A stretch of 64,000 nucleotides of DNA from Eledone cirrhosa (lineage: Eukaryota), in NCBI GenBank assembly GCA_964016885.1, contig OZ024741.1, positions 141,794,001-141,858,000 on the forward strand. The letters run 5' to 3'. Of the stretch, positions 13,666 to 26,885 are shown in pieces (position 1 is the first letter of the stretch; each line of letters begins with the position of its first letter). A model generated the notes under the pieces. That model had not been told where the DNA came from and did no database searches. It saw only the letters and a program-made list of their open reading frames with translations. A program made the position numbers and the translations under genes.

Positions 13666-13994
13666 TATAAGATTATCAATTTTATTTCTTGTGCTAACAA
13701 CTTACAAGAAATAAAATTGATACTCTTAAAAACAGGTTTCTAATTGTTGGCCGAAGACGCCAACGTAAGGTCGTGATTTCGATTCCCGTCCGGCGACACG
13801 TTGTGTCCTTGAGCACGATACTTGCTCCAGTCCATTCAGTGGGAGAAAATGAATCATAACATGCAGGGTTAGTACAGTGCTCTTTCACTTCTTTGTTGCC
13901 TTCTGCTAGTGCGTAGCAAATAACAATCACTTGGATGGGTTACATTTGAAGTATGTACCAAGGAAAGTATTATTGTACGACAATAATAATAATT

Positions 13995-14180
13995 GTTTCT
14001 ACTATTGGCACAAGGCCAACAAATATCCCAGTACATTACTGGTACTTTATTTTATCGACCCCGTAAGGATGAAAGGCAAAGTTAACCTCGGCGGGATTTG
14101 AACTCAGAATGACAAGGGCCGTAACTCTATGCGTCAAAGCATGGCGTCCGACCCTCTACCGATACTGCCAATTCACCGAC
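13995..14180 (-). mobile_element. tRNA-derived SINE, family A, with a Nin-domain-like core. Copies at about 26250-26440, 30113-30310 (+), 30752-30966, 33150-33290, 34614-34783 and 55853-56028
   Basis: The minus strand reads ttctgagttcaaatcccgccgagg (B-box-like), then aactttgcctttcatccttacggggtcgataaaataaagtacc. The sequence recurs many times in the window. Confidence 0.75.
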
Positions 14181-14402
14181 AATAATAATAATGATTACCT
14201 AATCAAGCACAGGCACAGCAATGTTTGAGGGGTACGAGAAAAATCGCTTAGATCGATCCTAGCACTTAACTGATGCTGTATTGACTGAAGGTTTTTAGGT
14301 TTTATGATTATCGCACAGCTGTCCTAACAATGCCATATTGTCTACACCATTTACAGAATTACCCATTAATATATGGGGTAAGATCCTATATTTGAATCTA
14401 AA

Positions 14403-14403
14403 A

Positions 14404-14440
<37 letters not shown>

Positions 14441-14504
14441 CTATCTCTCTCTCTCTCTCTCTCTCACCCCTCCCTTTATATATATAAATGTATACAATAT
14501 ATAT

Positions 14505-14567
<63 letters not shown>

Positions 14568-15354
14568 ATACGCGCACACATAAGTATGTTTGTTTGTGCG
14601 TTTGCTTCTTAAGGTATTTGCGCAGAACGATGCATTTGCTCGTGTATGTGTGTATGTGTGTATGTGTGAAAGGGTACCCAAGTATATATGGCTATCTATA
14701 GATATATGTCTTCTTGGCGTCTGAGATCCTATGCATATCTCTCTATATACATATGTGTGTGTGCGTGTGTATATGTATGTGTGTTTATGTGTGTGTGTGT
14801 GTGTGTGTGTGTATCTATCCATCTATATGTATATATATCTGTGTGTGTGTATGTGTATGTATGTGTGTATATGTGTGCATGTGTGTGTGTGTTTGTGTAT
14901 ACATATAAATGTGTGTGAATATGTTTGTGTGCATACGTATCTCTTGTATCCGTGTGTATCTGCTGCGTGACAAAATTCAATCTTCTATTAAAACATCTTC
15001 TATACAATATATCATTTCCAGAATAATGGAATGAATTCCAGGAGAAGGCCGTGTAAAATATTTATCCGTCAGTTCCCCAGTTTAAGCCCTGTGGTGCATA
15101 AATTTAACAAACACACATTCATGTATATAATATATACACACTAACAATATGTATGAGTGTACCTGTGTATGTATGCTTATTTGTGTATATAAGGTATAGT
15201 TATATTTATGTATGTGTTTACGTATGTATATATACAAATATATATATAATATATATGTATGCATGTGTATGTAAATATATCTATATTCATATGTAGCTAT
15301 ACATAGCTACGTACGTGTAACGTATATATATATATATAAATACATATATACATA

Positions 15355-15442
<88 letters not shown>

Positions 15443-15656
15443 TATATATATATATATATATATATACGTTATACGTATGTAGCTAAAAGAGATATACATA
15501 TATATATATGTATATATATATACATATATATATACATATATAACTTTTTTACATATATATATACATATATAATTTTTTTACATATATATATATATACGTA
15601 TATATATTTATATTATTGTATATATATATGTACATACATGTATGCATATATAAACG

Positions 15657-15727
<71 letters not shown>

Positions 15728-15737
15728 TGAGAGAGAG

Positions 15738-15824
<87 letters not shown>

Positions 15825-16211
15825 AGTATATACGTAAAACAGATACATACATATATAGCCTAGATATATACAAGATGCTGGTATGTTTTATCGATCCTGC
15901 ATGCATATAGTAAGCTAAGCAGACGACAGCGGCAGAAATGGATATTATTGTTGATTACATTACGATATATGTCTGATCAATGCTATATAGCACACTATAA
16001 CGCAATCACTTCATTCTTTTACCCTTTATATATATATATTTACATATATATATTTGTGTGTGTGTTACATATATATATAATATATATATGTATAGTATAT
16101 GTATATATATATATATCTATATATATTTATATATATACATACAAATATATAACTATATATGTATATATATATATATTCATATATTAGTATGTATATATAT
16201 ATATTTATATT

Positions 16212-16255
<44 letters not shown>

Positions 16256-16501
16256 GTGTGTATGTAAACTTGCATATATACATATATCTATGTGTGTGTG
16301 TGTGTGTGTGATTGTCTGTGTAAATACAATGCATATATATAAATGTATGTATATACAGATATAAATATATATACAGATGTATATATATGTGTGTATATAT
16401 ATTTACATCTGTATATACATACATTTATATATATGCATTGTATTTATACAGACAATCACACACACACATATATATATATACACATATATATATATATATA
16501 T

Positions 16502-16559
<58 letters not shown>

Positions 16560-16606
16560 TAGAGAGAGAGATAGGGAGCGACATATATATATGTGTGTGC
16601 GCGCGC

Positions 16607-16644
<38 letters not shown>

Positions 16645-16787
16645 TGGAATGACTTGCCTGATATTCACGTTTGCCTGGAATTGGCTTCACATACATGCCT
16701 GGGAATACACCCACACAAGCACTACGTCTAATATTTGTCTTCTTCGCTCTTGATATTCCTCTCTCTCTCTTTCTCTCCCTCTCTCTT

Positions 16788-16840
<53 letters not shown>

Positions 16841-16873
16841 ATGTGTGTGCGTGTGTAAGCGTATGTATGTATG

Positions 16874-16905
<32 letters not shown>

Positions 16906-17238
16906 AATAAAACAAGAGACACGTCCCCTCTTCAGTCGCGAGAGAGAGAGAGTTCAAATGCACTTACGCTACCCATAGAGAGGCGCGGATAAATACGCAT
17001 TTAAATGCATACATACATACATACATACATACATACATACATACATACATACATACATACATACATACACAAATACATACAATATGTGTGCATGTCCGTG
17101 TGCGTCTCACTCTATCTGTGTATATATCATAATAAAAGATATCATCACGTGACAACAACTTTGAGCAAGATTTGTCTGGAATTGTAAGCATATTTATGCT
17201 TCGAAATCTTCCTCTCTATTCCTCTTTGTCGCTCCCTA

Positions 17239-17320
<82 letters not shown>

Positions 17321-17635
17321 TCTTTCTCTCTCTTACGCACACGCACACACACAGACACACGCGCGAGCGCGCACTCTGTTGACATATCTATGCTCACGGT
17401 GATCAGTAGTAGAAACCTAGCTATTTATTAGCTTTATACCTATTTATCTGTCTTCTGAAAATAAAACATCTATCTAACTAGCTATATCTGACTGTCTGTC
17501 TTTAAGTCTATTTAACTATTTCTCTCTATTTCTCTGTCTTTCTATCTATCTTTCTCTCTGCCTACATACCTATCTATCTAGTTAACTATCTGTATATCCA
17601 ACTACATATCTATCTATCTATCTATCTATCTATCT
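14403..17635. repeat. Compound microsatellite field: (TA), (GA), (CA), (GATA), (CATA)
   Basis: Direct reading. ORFs here are dinucleotide artefacts. Confidence 0.95.
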
Positions 17636-17840
17636 CACCAATAACAATAACAATAACAACAACAACAAGACCAATAACGGTGACAACAACAACAATGATA
17701 ACAACAACACCACCAACGACAACAACAACACAAACAAACAAAATTTCTCCTTCGCCGAGACGACAAGGAAAACCCTCGACTATCTGCCAGTAGATATAAC
17801 AAAAGCGAAGGAGCTACTGGCGGATGCGAAAAAACATATA

Positions 17841-19221
17841 GTGTACGGGGAAAATGGTTCATTCACAATCCATTCCCCCCCCCCCCCCCCGGAACTAAAA
17901 AGCCAGAGACTCCTAAACACGGTCATGTTTAGGACAATCTCGAACAAAAGTAAAAAACCAGCTCAACCATCACAGAGCGAGATAGAGCTGGTTTTAAAAG
18001 ACGTCATGAAGGACATCACCTTCATTCAGAAGGATAGACTCTACGGGAGTCTATCCATTCTCATGAAGGACAGGGACACAGCAGTGAAACTGTCCATCAA
18101 ACCAATCACATCCACCGCATACACCTTCTACCCTACGTACATGGGTAGAAGAACACAAAAAATAAAAATCCACACCATCCTGCCGATTATGGACATATGG
18201 TGGGTTTTGACAGGTTTTCTGGACCTTGAGGATGACATGCTGGTGTCCATGGGAAAGGCATCGGGTGACGCGTTCAGTGGAACGAGCCTCGAACTTGTAG
18301 TTCAAATGAGGCCCGAAAGGATCGCCCAGATCCCTGAACGCGTCATACTGGATGATCTAACCTTCATCAACATTACCGTTGAGGGTAGACGGCCCTCGTG
18401 TTACCTCTGCGGAACCAGAGGTCACCTGAGGGCTGTCTGTCCCCAACTTAATAAGAAAACCCCAATCCTGCCTACACCACCAACAACTGCACAACCAACA
18501 CAATCACCACAACTACCACTACAAAAACAACCACCACAGCTCAAACCAAAACAAAACAATGTCCAACCCATCCCCTCCACTCAAAAAACAAAAACAATTT
18601 CCAAAACACCCGTACCGCAAACACAACCCGAAAATATACCCCTCCCCTCCAACGCGGAAGATGACCCTAGTTCGTCGTCAGACGAGGAGGAGCACTTCCA
18701 CACAATCAAAAGAAAAAAAAAGAAAACACACCTCAGACACACAAATGAAAAAAAAACCTCCCCAAAACATAACACTGACACCAACACAAAAAAGCTCACA
18801 ACAACAGCAAACAAAAAACACCACACAAAAACAAAAACATGCATACACATACATAAATACAAGAAACAAAAAACTGTTAAACATTGTGTACAACAACAAT
18901 CTAATAAAAACACAAGGGCCTAACTTCACCCAGGCAGGGGATTTCCCCCACCTCAAAATGATTAAGACCCCACAGGACACCTATAAAACTTTAAAAAACA
19001 ATTTTAAAGAGGACGTGGGTCCCCCCTGCGTCGGGCCCATTAACCGCGTCCTCCTAAAAAACTATCCCACCCCCTCCCCAAACACCCACACAACTCCAAG
19101 CTCCCCAACCACACAACACACTGATGCCCCCACACTTCCACAAACCACCACCCCACCCAACAACCCATCCCCCACCCTAATGGAAATTGTGCAGCCCGAT
19201 ACCCGGGACGCAGAGAGGTAA
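17841..19221 (+). CDS. Tx1 ORF1 (gag-like nucleic-acid-binding protein), frameshifted in homopolymer runs
   Basis: ITVEGRRPSCYLCGTRGHLRAVCP zinc knuckle. The C-terminus lies in the 18559-19221 frame (TYKTLKNNFKEDVG), homologous to the copy at 58.8-60.2 kb. The true start is uncertain. Confidence 0.75.
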
Positions 19222-19245
19222 GTGCCTTTTCTCTTCACCACCAAC

Positions 19246-22200
19246 ATGGCTATGCTAAGAGTAGGCTGTTTAAATGCGCGTGGCCTGGGCTCAACTTGGA
19301 AGCAAGCAATGCTTCTAAATGACCTCAGGTCACAACGTATAGATGTGATGGTTATTTGCGAGGCCCGGATCAGCAACGTGCGACAGCTGGCCCCCACCTT
19401 TGATGACTTTGAGATGCACGCATCTCTCTGTCAGCCCGGAGGTGGGGGTGGAGTTGTCGTTCTGCTGCAAAAACATCTGGGTCTCGCAACACAGATGGTA
19501 CATTTGGACCCGGAGGGTCGACTAGTGGTTCTGGACCTTGGCAGTGGTAAAGGCGGAGCGTTTAGGTTGGTAGCCGCCTACGGCCCTTTCGGGTCAATGC
19601 GGCCGGACTTCTTCCATCGTCTGGAGACTTTTCTAGGGACGTCCCGCTCCTTGCTATTAGTGGGGGACTGGAATGGTATCCTAGATGCACGCTGGGACTA
19701 CGTAGGGGCCTACCCCGATAGAGAGGGGTGTAATAGCCTCAAAGGGTTAATCGGTCGATTTGACCTGGCCGATAGATATCGACTAGATTTTCCGACTGCG
19801 CCAACCTGGACTTGGGCAAATCGTAGCGGATCATCTAGGTCGTACCTAGATAGGTTCTTAGTTAGAATTAAGGATAAGGACTTTTTAAGTTGTCCAAAAA
19901 TGCGCATGGTTGGCTATTCAGACCACAAATTAGTGACCTGCATGGTCAACCTTGACAGAACTCATAGACAGGGCCCCGGTTACTGGAAGCTCAACTTGTC
20001 CTTGCCGGCAAGTAGAGCCTACAGGAATCGGATTAGTACGTTAGTTAAGGAACGGTTGACTGGAGCGATCGTCAACAGCAGGTGGTGGGTATCTCTAAAG
20101 AGAGAGATTAGAGTAGTCTCGATAGAATTTAGTAAGGTTCTAGCTGCGGATAGGAATAGGAAGGAAAGGGAGCTAATAGATAGAGTAGAAGAGGCAATTA
20201 GAAGCGGCGACGTGGCCAGAGTGCTAGCGTCGAGAACGGCTTTGAGCCAGTTTTTCGACGCGAAGCACGAAGGCTGCGTTGTCCGAAGTAAAATACGTGC
20301 TCTAGGGAACGAGGGGACCAAAGCTGTTAGCTGGGCCCGCGTGACAGAGGCCAACAGTGGAACTAAATCCACCATCCGGTCTTTGCGAGACCTGGATGGA
20401 CGGGCGATTCTTGAGCCTAAGCAGATGTGTGAGGCCTTTCAAAGGCACTTTGCCCGACTGTTCGGGAGGGGCGGGGAGCCGGTTGGGAACGTGGACTTCG
20501 GTCCATACCTCGACGGCCTGCCGCGCCTCTCGGACAGGGAGGCGAAGTCCTGCGAGGAGCCGATTTCGGTCGCTGAGATAGAGGACGTGCTGAGCCAATG
20601 CGGCAAACGCAAATCCCCGGGTCTCGATGGTCTTCCTTACGAATTATATCTAGCTATGCCGGACTTGTTCCCCGATCTCCTCGAGGCGGTCTACTGCAAC
20701 TGGCAACAGAACGGGAGAATTCCCTGTACTGTGACCAAGGGCGTAGTCACGCTAGTGAGGAAGGACGAGAACAATGGGGACGAAATAACTAACTTCAGGC
20801 CCATAACTCTGCTAAATACAGAGTTACAGATTTTGGCCAAGGTGCTAGCAAAGAGGTTGGCGCTTGTCGTGGGCAACCTGGTGGGAGATGCGCAGACATG
20901 CGCTATCCCGTCCAGGTCCATCCATGACAACCTCCACCTCATGCGATACATCATAGAGAGGGTTGGGAACGAACCCGGCTTTGGTGGGGCTATGATCAAC
21001 TTGGATCAATCTAAGGCGTTCGATAGGGTCGACCATGGTTACCTGGATGCGGTGCTAGCGGCGGCAGGCTTCGGACCCGTTTTCAGGGGCTGGATCACTG
21101 CTATGCACAGCAGCCGCATCTGCTCTAGGGTCAAGGTGAACGGCTACCTCTCGGAGCCGTTCAAAATCGCGCGGTCCATCCGACAAGGGTGCCCTCTCTC
21201 CTCCCTTCTGTATGTGTTGACTCTCGAGCCACTACTGCGGAAGTTGGAGTTGTTGCAGGGCATCCCTTTGGAACCGGGATTGCGGAAAGCGGTGTCGGCC
21301 TACGCCGATGACGTGACAGTAATGGTGTCGACGGCCTCCGAAATCGAGGCGGTCGGCACCTTACTGGAGGAGTACGAAAAGTTCACAGGGGCTAAGCTGA
21401 ACCGGGACAAGTCGATCGGTTTGCAACTCGGCACGTGGAGGGGCAGACCGATGCCCTCCGATGGCGTCGTCGGACGCTGGACGGAGGGCCCGGTGAAGTT
21501 GCTCGGGGTCTGGTTCGGACCGGACCTCCAGGTGGAGAAAAACTGGGCGGAGGTTACGAACAGGGTGTTTGCACTGACCCAGAAGTGGGCCAGTTGCAAA
21601 CTATCCCTGAAAGGTCGGGCGGAGGTGGCGAACACCTACATAGCGTCCGTCATCTACTACCGCCTGACCGTAGTGCCCTGCCCAAGGGAAACCCTCACCA
21701 AGATGGAGCGCGCGCTCTTCCAATTCCTTTGGAAGAGGCGGGCTCCTATGGTGAGGAGATCCATCTGCTGTCAACACCCTTCGAAAGGAGGGCTGGGGAT
21801 GCCGTGGCTAATGATGCGTAAACACGCATTAAGGCTACGGCACCTCTACGTATTCCTCACCGGACAACCGGTGTGGGCCTCGTTTGTGAGACGAACCTTT
21901 CCCAGACTCGTCTCACTCACCGAGCTGCAATCCTGGGTCAAGCAAAGACCGAAAAAACTGGGCGCCTGGCACACTGAGTGTGCCCAGGCGCTCACCGCCC
22001 TCTGGCAGGTGGATCCGGTTATCAGTGGAGACTCCACCGCAACATTCTATAGAGGGCTGGTACGCAGCAGGTGCGACGACGCCCTCGGAGAAGCCTTAGA
22101 CATGGAGGAGGACGAACTGGCCGGCCTGTTCGATAGGACATTCAGCCCGGGACCTATGGACAACTTCCAGAAGTCCCTGGCCTGGCAGTGCTACCGAGGG

Positions 22201-22683
22201 GCTTTACCCGTTCGAGAAAGGCTCTACAGACACGAGCGCCCGGGTAGGGACCCCGCCAAAAAGATCTGTCCCAGATGCGTGTGCGACGAGGAAACCGTTG
22301 CACACGCATTGGTACACTGCTCGGGCGTAGCCGATCTGTGGGGCTATGTCGAACAACTGCTGTCAAGGGTGGGACCGATCCGGTTGACCACCGAGTCTAT
22401 TGTAATGATCAAGCCGCCTCCCCCCTTCAAAGATGAAGCAGAGGCGGTGTTTCTGTGCGTAATAGCCATGGCGAAAGAGGTTGTATGGTGGACGCGTCTG
22501 AAAGGACTGAGGTCAGGCACCTTTCTCTCTGGCCAACAACTGGTCCGTTTCTTCCGATATCATTTCGGAAGAAGGATCAGGATGGAGAGAGAGGTGCTGC
22601 ACCCCAGCCGTTTCTATGAAAGATGGCTGAAAGTGGCGAGAATGGCCCGTGTGAATGGGCCTTCACTCTACATCAGACTATAG
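19246..22683 (+). CDS. Tx1 ORF2: APE endonuclease, reverse transcriptase and C-terminal Cys/His finger; uninterrupted
   Basis: CLNARGL, LVGDWN, SYLDRFL, YSDHK (APE); KSPGLDGLPYE, NFRPITLLN, DQSKAFDRVDH, RQGCPLS, AYADD (RT); CPRC...ETVAHALVHC. The first ATG is at 19246. Confidence 0.95.
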   Translation: MAMLRVGCLNARGLGSTWKQAMLLNDLRSQRIDVMVICEARISNVRQLAPTFDDFEMHASLCQPGGGGGVVVLLQKHLGLATQMVHLDPEGRLVVLDLGSGKGGAFRLVAAYGPFGSMRPDFFHRLETFLGTSRSLLLVGDWNGILDARWDYVGAYPDREGCNSLKGLIGRFDLADRYRLDFPTAPTWTWANRSGSSRSYLDRFLVRIKDKDFLSCPKMRMVGYSDHKLVTCMVNLDRTHRQGPGYWKLNLSLPASRAYRNRISTLVKERLTGAIVNSRWWVSLKREIRVVSIEFSKVLAADRNRKERELIDRVEEAIRSGDVARVLASRTALSQFFDAKHEGCVVRSKIRALGNEGTKAVSWARVTEANSGTKSTIRSLRDLDGRAILEPKQMCEAFQRHFARLFGRGGEPVGNVDFGPYLDGLPRLSDREAKSCEEPISVAEIEDVLSQCGKRKSPGLDGLPYELYLAMPDLFPDLLEAVYCNWQQNGRIPCTVTKGVVTLVRKDENNGDEITNFRPITLLNTELQILAKVLAKRLALVVGNLVGDAQTCAIPSRSIHDNLHLMRYIIERVGNEPGFGGAMINLDQSKAFDRVDHGYLDAVLAAAGFGPVFRGWITAMHSSRICSRVKVNGYLSEPFKIARSIRQGCPLSSLLYVLTLEPLLRKLELLQGIPLEPGLRKAVSAYADDVTVMVSTASEIEAVGTLLEEYEKFTGAKLNRDKSIGLQLGTWRGRPMPSDGVVGRWTEGPVKLLGVWFGPDLQVEKNWAEVTNRVFALTQKWASCKLSLKGRAEVANTYIASVIYYRLTVVPCPRETLTKMERALFQFLWKRRAPMVRRSICCQHPSKGGLGMPWLMMRKHALRLRHLYVFLTGQPVWASFVRRTFPRLVSLTELQSWVKQRPKKLGAWHTECAQALTALWQVDPVISGDSTATFYRGLVRSRCDDALGEALDMEEDELAGLFDRTFSPGPMDNFQKSLAWQCYRGALPVRERLYRHERPGRDPAKKICPRCVCDEETVAHALVHCSGVADLWGYVEQLLSRVGPIRLTTESIVMIKPPPPFKDEAEAVFLCVIAMAKEVVWWTRLKGLRSGTFLSGQQLVRFFRYHFGRRIRMEREVLHPSRFYERWLKVARMARVNGPSLYIRL

Positions 22684-23093
22684 GTGAGGAAGATGAAAGA
22701 CCAAGGGAGCACCCTTCTCTGTGCTCCTGAGGAGAAGGGTTGCACACTTTTTTCGGGGGTGTGTGCGACCCCCCCAAGGCGCCTCCTCTCTATTGAGGAT
22801 TTTGTTATAAATTTTATTTTTTGTTATATCTTATTTTATTTTTATATTTTGTTATTGCCTCCTCCTTATTGAGGACGCCTTTTTGTGTAAACTCCCCCCT
22901 TTGTACTTGTCCCACTTTTGATGCCCTAGTGGCAAATAAAAGAAACATATCTATCTATCTATCTATCTATATATCTATCTATCTACCTACTCGCCTATCT
23001 ACAGATATCTAACTATATATATTTACCAAAGTATCTATCTTTGAAATAAAAGAACAATAACAACAACAAAGCACGAACTCAAATAGCAGATAC

Positions 23094-23143
<50 letters not shown>

Positions 23144-23144
<1 letters not shown>

Positions 23145-23945
23145 CATTTCTTTATTAGCCACAAGGGCACAAAAGAAGGGGACAAATACAAATGGGGAGT
23201 TTACATACAGGTATATGAAAATAAAACTATTAATACAATAACAAATAGCAATTGGAATCCCCAATAGGGGGGAGGTGTTACACAGGGGTTGTACACACCC
23301 CGAAAAATTGTACAACCCTCATCTCCAGGAGCACCAAGAGTGAGTACTCCCTTCCTCTCTTCCTCTTTTTCCTCAACCTACAGGCTTATATAGAGAGAAG
23401 GCCCAACCACTCGGGCCATCTTTGCCACATTCACCCACCTTTTATAAAATTTGCTGGGGTACAGCACCTCTCTCTCCATCCTGATTCTTCTTCCAAAATG
23501 ATATTTGAAAAAACGAATCAGTTGCTCGCCGGAGAGAAAGGTGTCTGACCTCAGCCCTTTTAACCTCGTCCACAATATAACCTCTTTCACCATAGCCATA
23601 ACACATAGGAAAACCGCCTCTCCCTCGTTTTTGAAGGAGGGTGGCGGTTTGATCATGACAATGGACTCGGTGGTCAACTGGATTGGTCCCACCCGCGACA
23701 ATAGTCGTTCTACATAGCCCCACAGGTCGGTAATGCCCGGGCAGTGTACAAATGCGTGTGCGACGGTTTCCTCGTCGCGCACGGATCTCGGACAGATCTT
23801 TTTCGAAGGGTCCCTACCCGGGCGCCCGTGTCTGTAGAGCTTGTCGCGAACTGGTAGAGCTCCTCGGTAGCACTGCTAGGCCAGGGACTTTTGGAAGTTG
23901 TCCATTGGTCCCGGGCGGAAGGTCCTACCGAAAAGACTGGCCAGT
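23144..23945 (-). mobile_element. 5'-truncated Tx1 copy, tail-to-tail with the full-length element, also in (TATC)n
   Basis: ORF 23378-23782 closely matches the ORF2 C-terminus (DEETVAHAFVHC...WVNVAKMARV). (GATA)n flanks lie at 23095-23143 and 23945-23957. Confidence 0.9.
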
Positions 23946-25683
23946 AGATAGATAGATCAGCAAGCTAAACGGCTAGAATAGATACTGTATACTCCTGTAT
24001 ATATTTGAAGTTTGACAATTTCAGTCATTGTAAACAATAGCGAGTCAATAAAATGCCTGCATCTTTTGTATCTCACAGCGGCAGAATTAGACAGTGGCTC
24101 TACGCAGTGTATTCTTTGAATAATTTAGCAAACCAACTGGACAATAAGACATTCCAAAGTAACCCAGATCTTGTCGGCGATATTATTATTAAGAGTGGAT
24201 GCTGTGAATATATTTTATTAGCATTAAATTTTGAATAACACTTTCATATATAAATCTTAATAGAAATGATGGGCAGACTGCATACATAATATTATCTCTG
24301 AACATCCTGTAATGATTTAACAGAAAATATCGATAAAACGATTTTGATATTACAAATGTTTATCGTGCCATTGCTGGCGGGCTGGTCGATGTGAATATTT
24401 GTAGTTTTAGAGTTAATACTTTACTATTCCATGTGATGCAGTCATAGTGTTGTTTTGAACATTTCAAGAATATCGTGCTAATGTGGTTTTATGTAGTTTG
24501 TTAATTCGAACGCTTATAGTAACTTTACTAGTCGAGAGATTCGTGTGAATAATTGCAGTATAGGACTCATGTGATGTAGTCATAGAGATGTTTTGAACTT
24601 TTCAAGAACGTCGTGCTAATATGGTTCAGGAAGTTAAGTGTTAATATGCCATATCCTTTTCATTAATTGCATTGAATTGGCTGTGTCATTAGTTTAACTA
24701 TGCCTTTCATTCTTTTGGGATTGATAAACGAAATACCTGTCCAGAGAGGGATAAGAATGGATTGGCGAAATTGTTGAAGTTTTATACGGGATGCTTTCTG
24801 GTATTGTATCTGACTCTGGTCATTTTGTATTCAAATACCACCTAGCCAATTTAATGCAGTTTGACCCTCCTTATTTCTGCTCCTTTTTTCTCGTTTCTTT
24901 TCTTTTTCTCTTTTTTCTGTCTTTGTGATATGACAATTATTTAGAAAAAATTATCGGCGTCTCAGAACGTGAGAAAATGGAATTAAAGGCGAAGGAGAGA
25001 CAAATGGGAAATATTGAGAAAACAAAAAAAAAATATCGCCAGTGCTAAGAACCTGAAATTAAATGAGTGTAAATATTTATGGTAGGGATGATGGAAAATA
25101 TCATATTAAGTGGTCAGTATCGCACAGTTTTCAATTGGGAATACTTTAAAATGATTTATTAATAAAGTTGTAACATAGCTGAAGTGGTCAAAGTGTTTGC
25201 TTCACAGTGGTTCTGGGTTCAGTCTTACTGCGCGGCACCTTAGACAAGTGTCTTTTATTATAAACTCGGTTTGACTATTGCCTTGGAAATAGAATTTGGT
25301 AGACATAAACTTCAGGAGTCCAATGTATATATGCGATGGCGGAGGGCAGAGCATGGTCAAATAGTTAAGATGGTGACTTCCCAATCATTAGGTCCTGACT
25401 CCACAGTCTGGTATCTTCGGCAATTGTCATTTACCATAGCCGCTTTGGGTTGATCCACGCCTTGTGAGTAGAATTGTTTATGCGGAAACAGTCTAGAAAC
25501 TAGTTGGATAGACTGTATCTGTAATTCAAAGAGACAGCCTTGTCACTCTCTGCGTCATATTGAATCTCCCTGACAATTATGTTACAGGTACATGATTCCG
25601 TAGAATGCTCAGCCACTTGCAATTTACTTTCATGAGCAAGCTGTTCCGTTTATAGAACAACTGGAATACTCATCGTCGAAACC

Positions 25684-25758
<75 letters not shown>

Positions 25759-26885
25759 ATGTTTGCGTTTGTATATGTATCTGAGTTTATGTCCCATAAC
25801 ATAGCGATTCGACAAACAAGAGATCGATAAAATAAGTATCAGAAATGGATAAATAGGTATTGGTGTTGATATTATTAGCTAAACCATGACGGGGCCTCAG
25901 CATGGCCACAGTCTAGTGACTGAAATCAGTAAAAAGAACAAAAATATCCATTACTATATTTATTTTTTTAGATTCTAGCAATTAACTATTACTTCTGATT
26001 TTAGGGGCCACAAAAAATCCAGAACATTGAATGTATTTTTTTTTTATTAAATAGCTGGAGTTAAACGTTTCTTCGGTTACGATCTGAATTTAAAATAGAA
26101 AGAAATTTAAAACTTGTCTCTTGTTTTGTTGTTTTTTTTATTTCTGTTTTGTTTTTAATTTAGTTTGTAGTACCATTGCCTTCAATCTTGTTACACATAT
26201 TAATAATTGTTTCTACTTTTAGGCACAAGGCCAGCAATTACCCAGTACACATATTAATAATTGTCTCTACTTTAGGCACAAGGCCAGCAATTACCCAGTG
26301 CATTACTGGTACTTTATTTTATCGACCCCGTAAGGATGAAAGGCAAAGTCAACCTCGGCGGGATTTGAACTCAGATCGTAAAGGGACGTAACTATGCTGG
26401 AAAGCATGGCGTCCGACCCTCTACTGATACTGCCAATCCACGTAATAACTGTGATCGACCTCCGTCGGTTCCAGTGGAGAATGTTCCAGTTGTTTAATCA
26501 ACGAAATAGGTTGTTTGCTCAGGAAATTAATATGAAAGTGGTTGAGAATGCCATAGACACGTGTATGAGTGACTAGATCGCAAACAGTACAACGAATATT
26601 TTGTCACAAACTAAAAGAAGGATAAATACTATTTCAAGTTAAAATTTTTGTGTTTTTAGATGGCTAAAATAAATCTTCCATAATGTAATTGCTTTAGCTT
26701 CAACACGTGGTCACAGATCACATACACGATATTAGATAATAGTTTACAATTTGGCTTCCCACTCCAATAGGTAATTTACATGAAGTGATTAGCACCTTGC
26801 CTGTGGGTGTCCATTAAACCTGTATGTTTGCATCATTACACTATATACACACACACATATATATGTATATATATATGTATATATA

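Larger units (their letters stand above)
17635..22948 (+). mobile_element. Full-length Tx1-clade (L1 group) LINE inserted in (TATC)n
   Basis: ORF1 with a CCHC knuckle, ORF2 with APE-RT-CCHC, and a 3' UTR ending in AATAAA. (TATC)n lies on both sides (17606-17634 and 22949-22985). Confidence 0.9.

Noticed and set aside
19710-22366. Antisense ORFs inside Tx1 ORF2 (and inside the Naiad and the second Tx1)
   Set aside because: These are shadow frames of coding sequence with no independent motifs.
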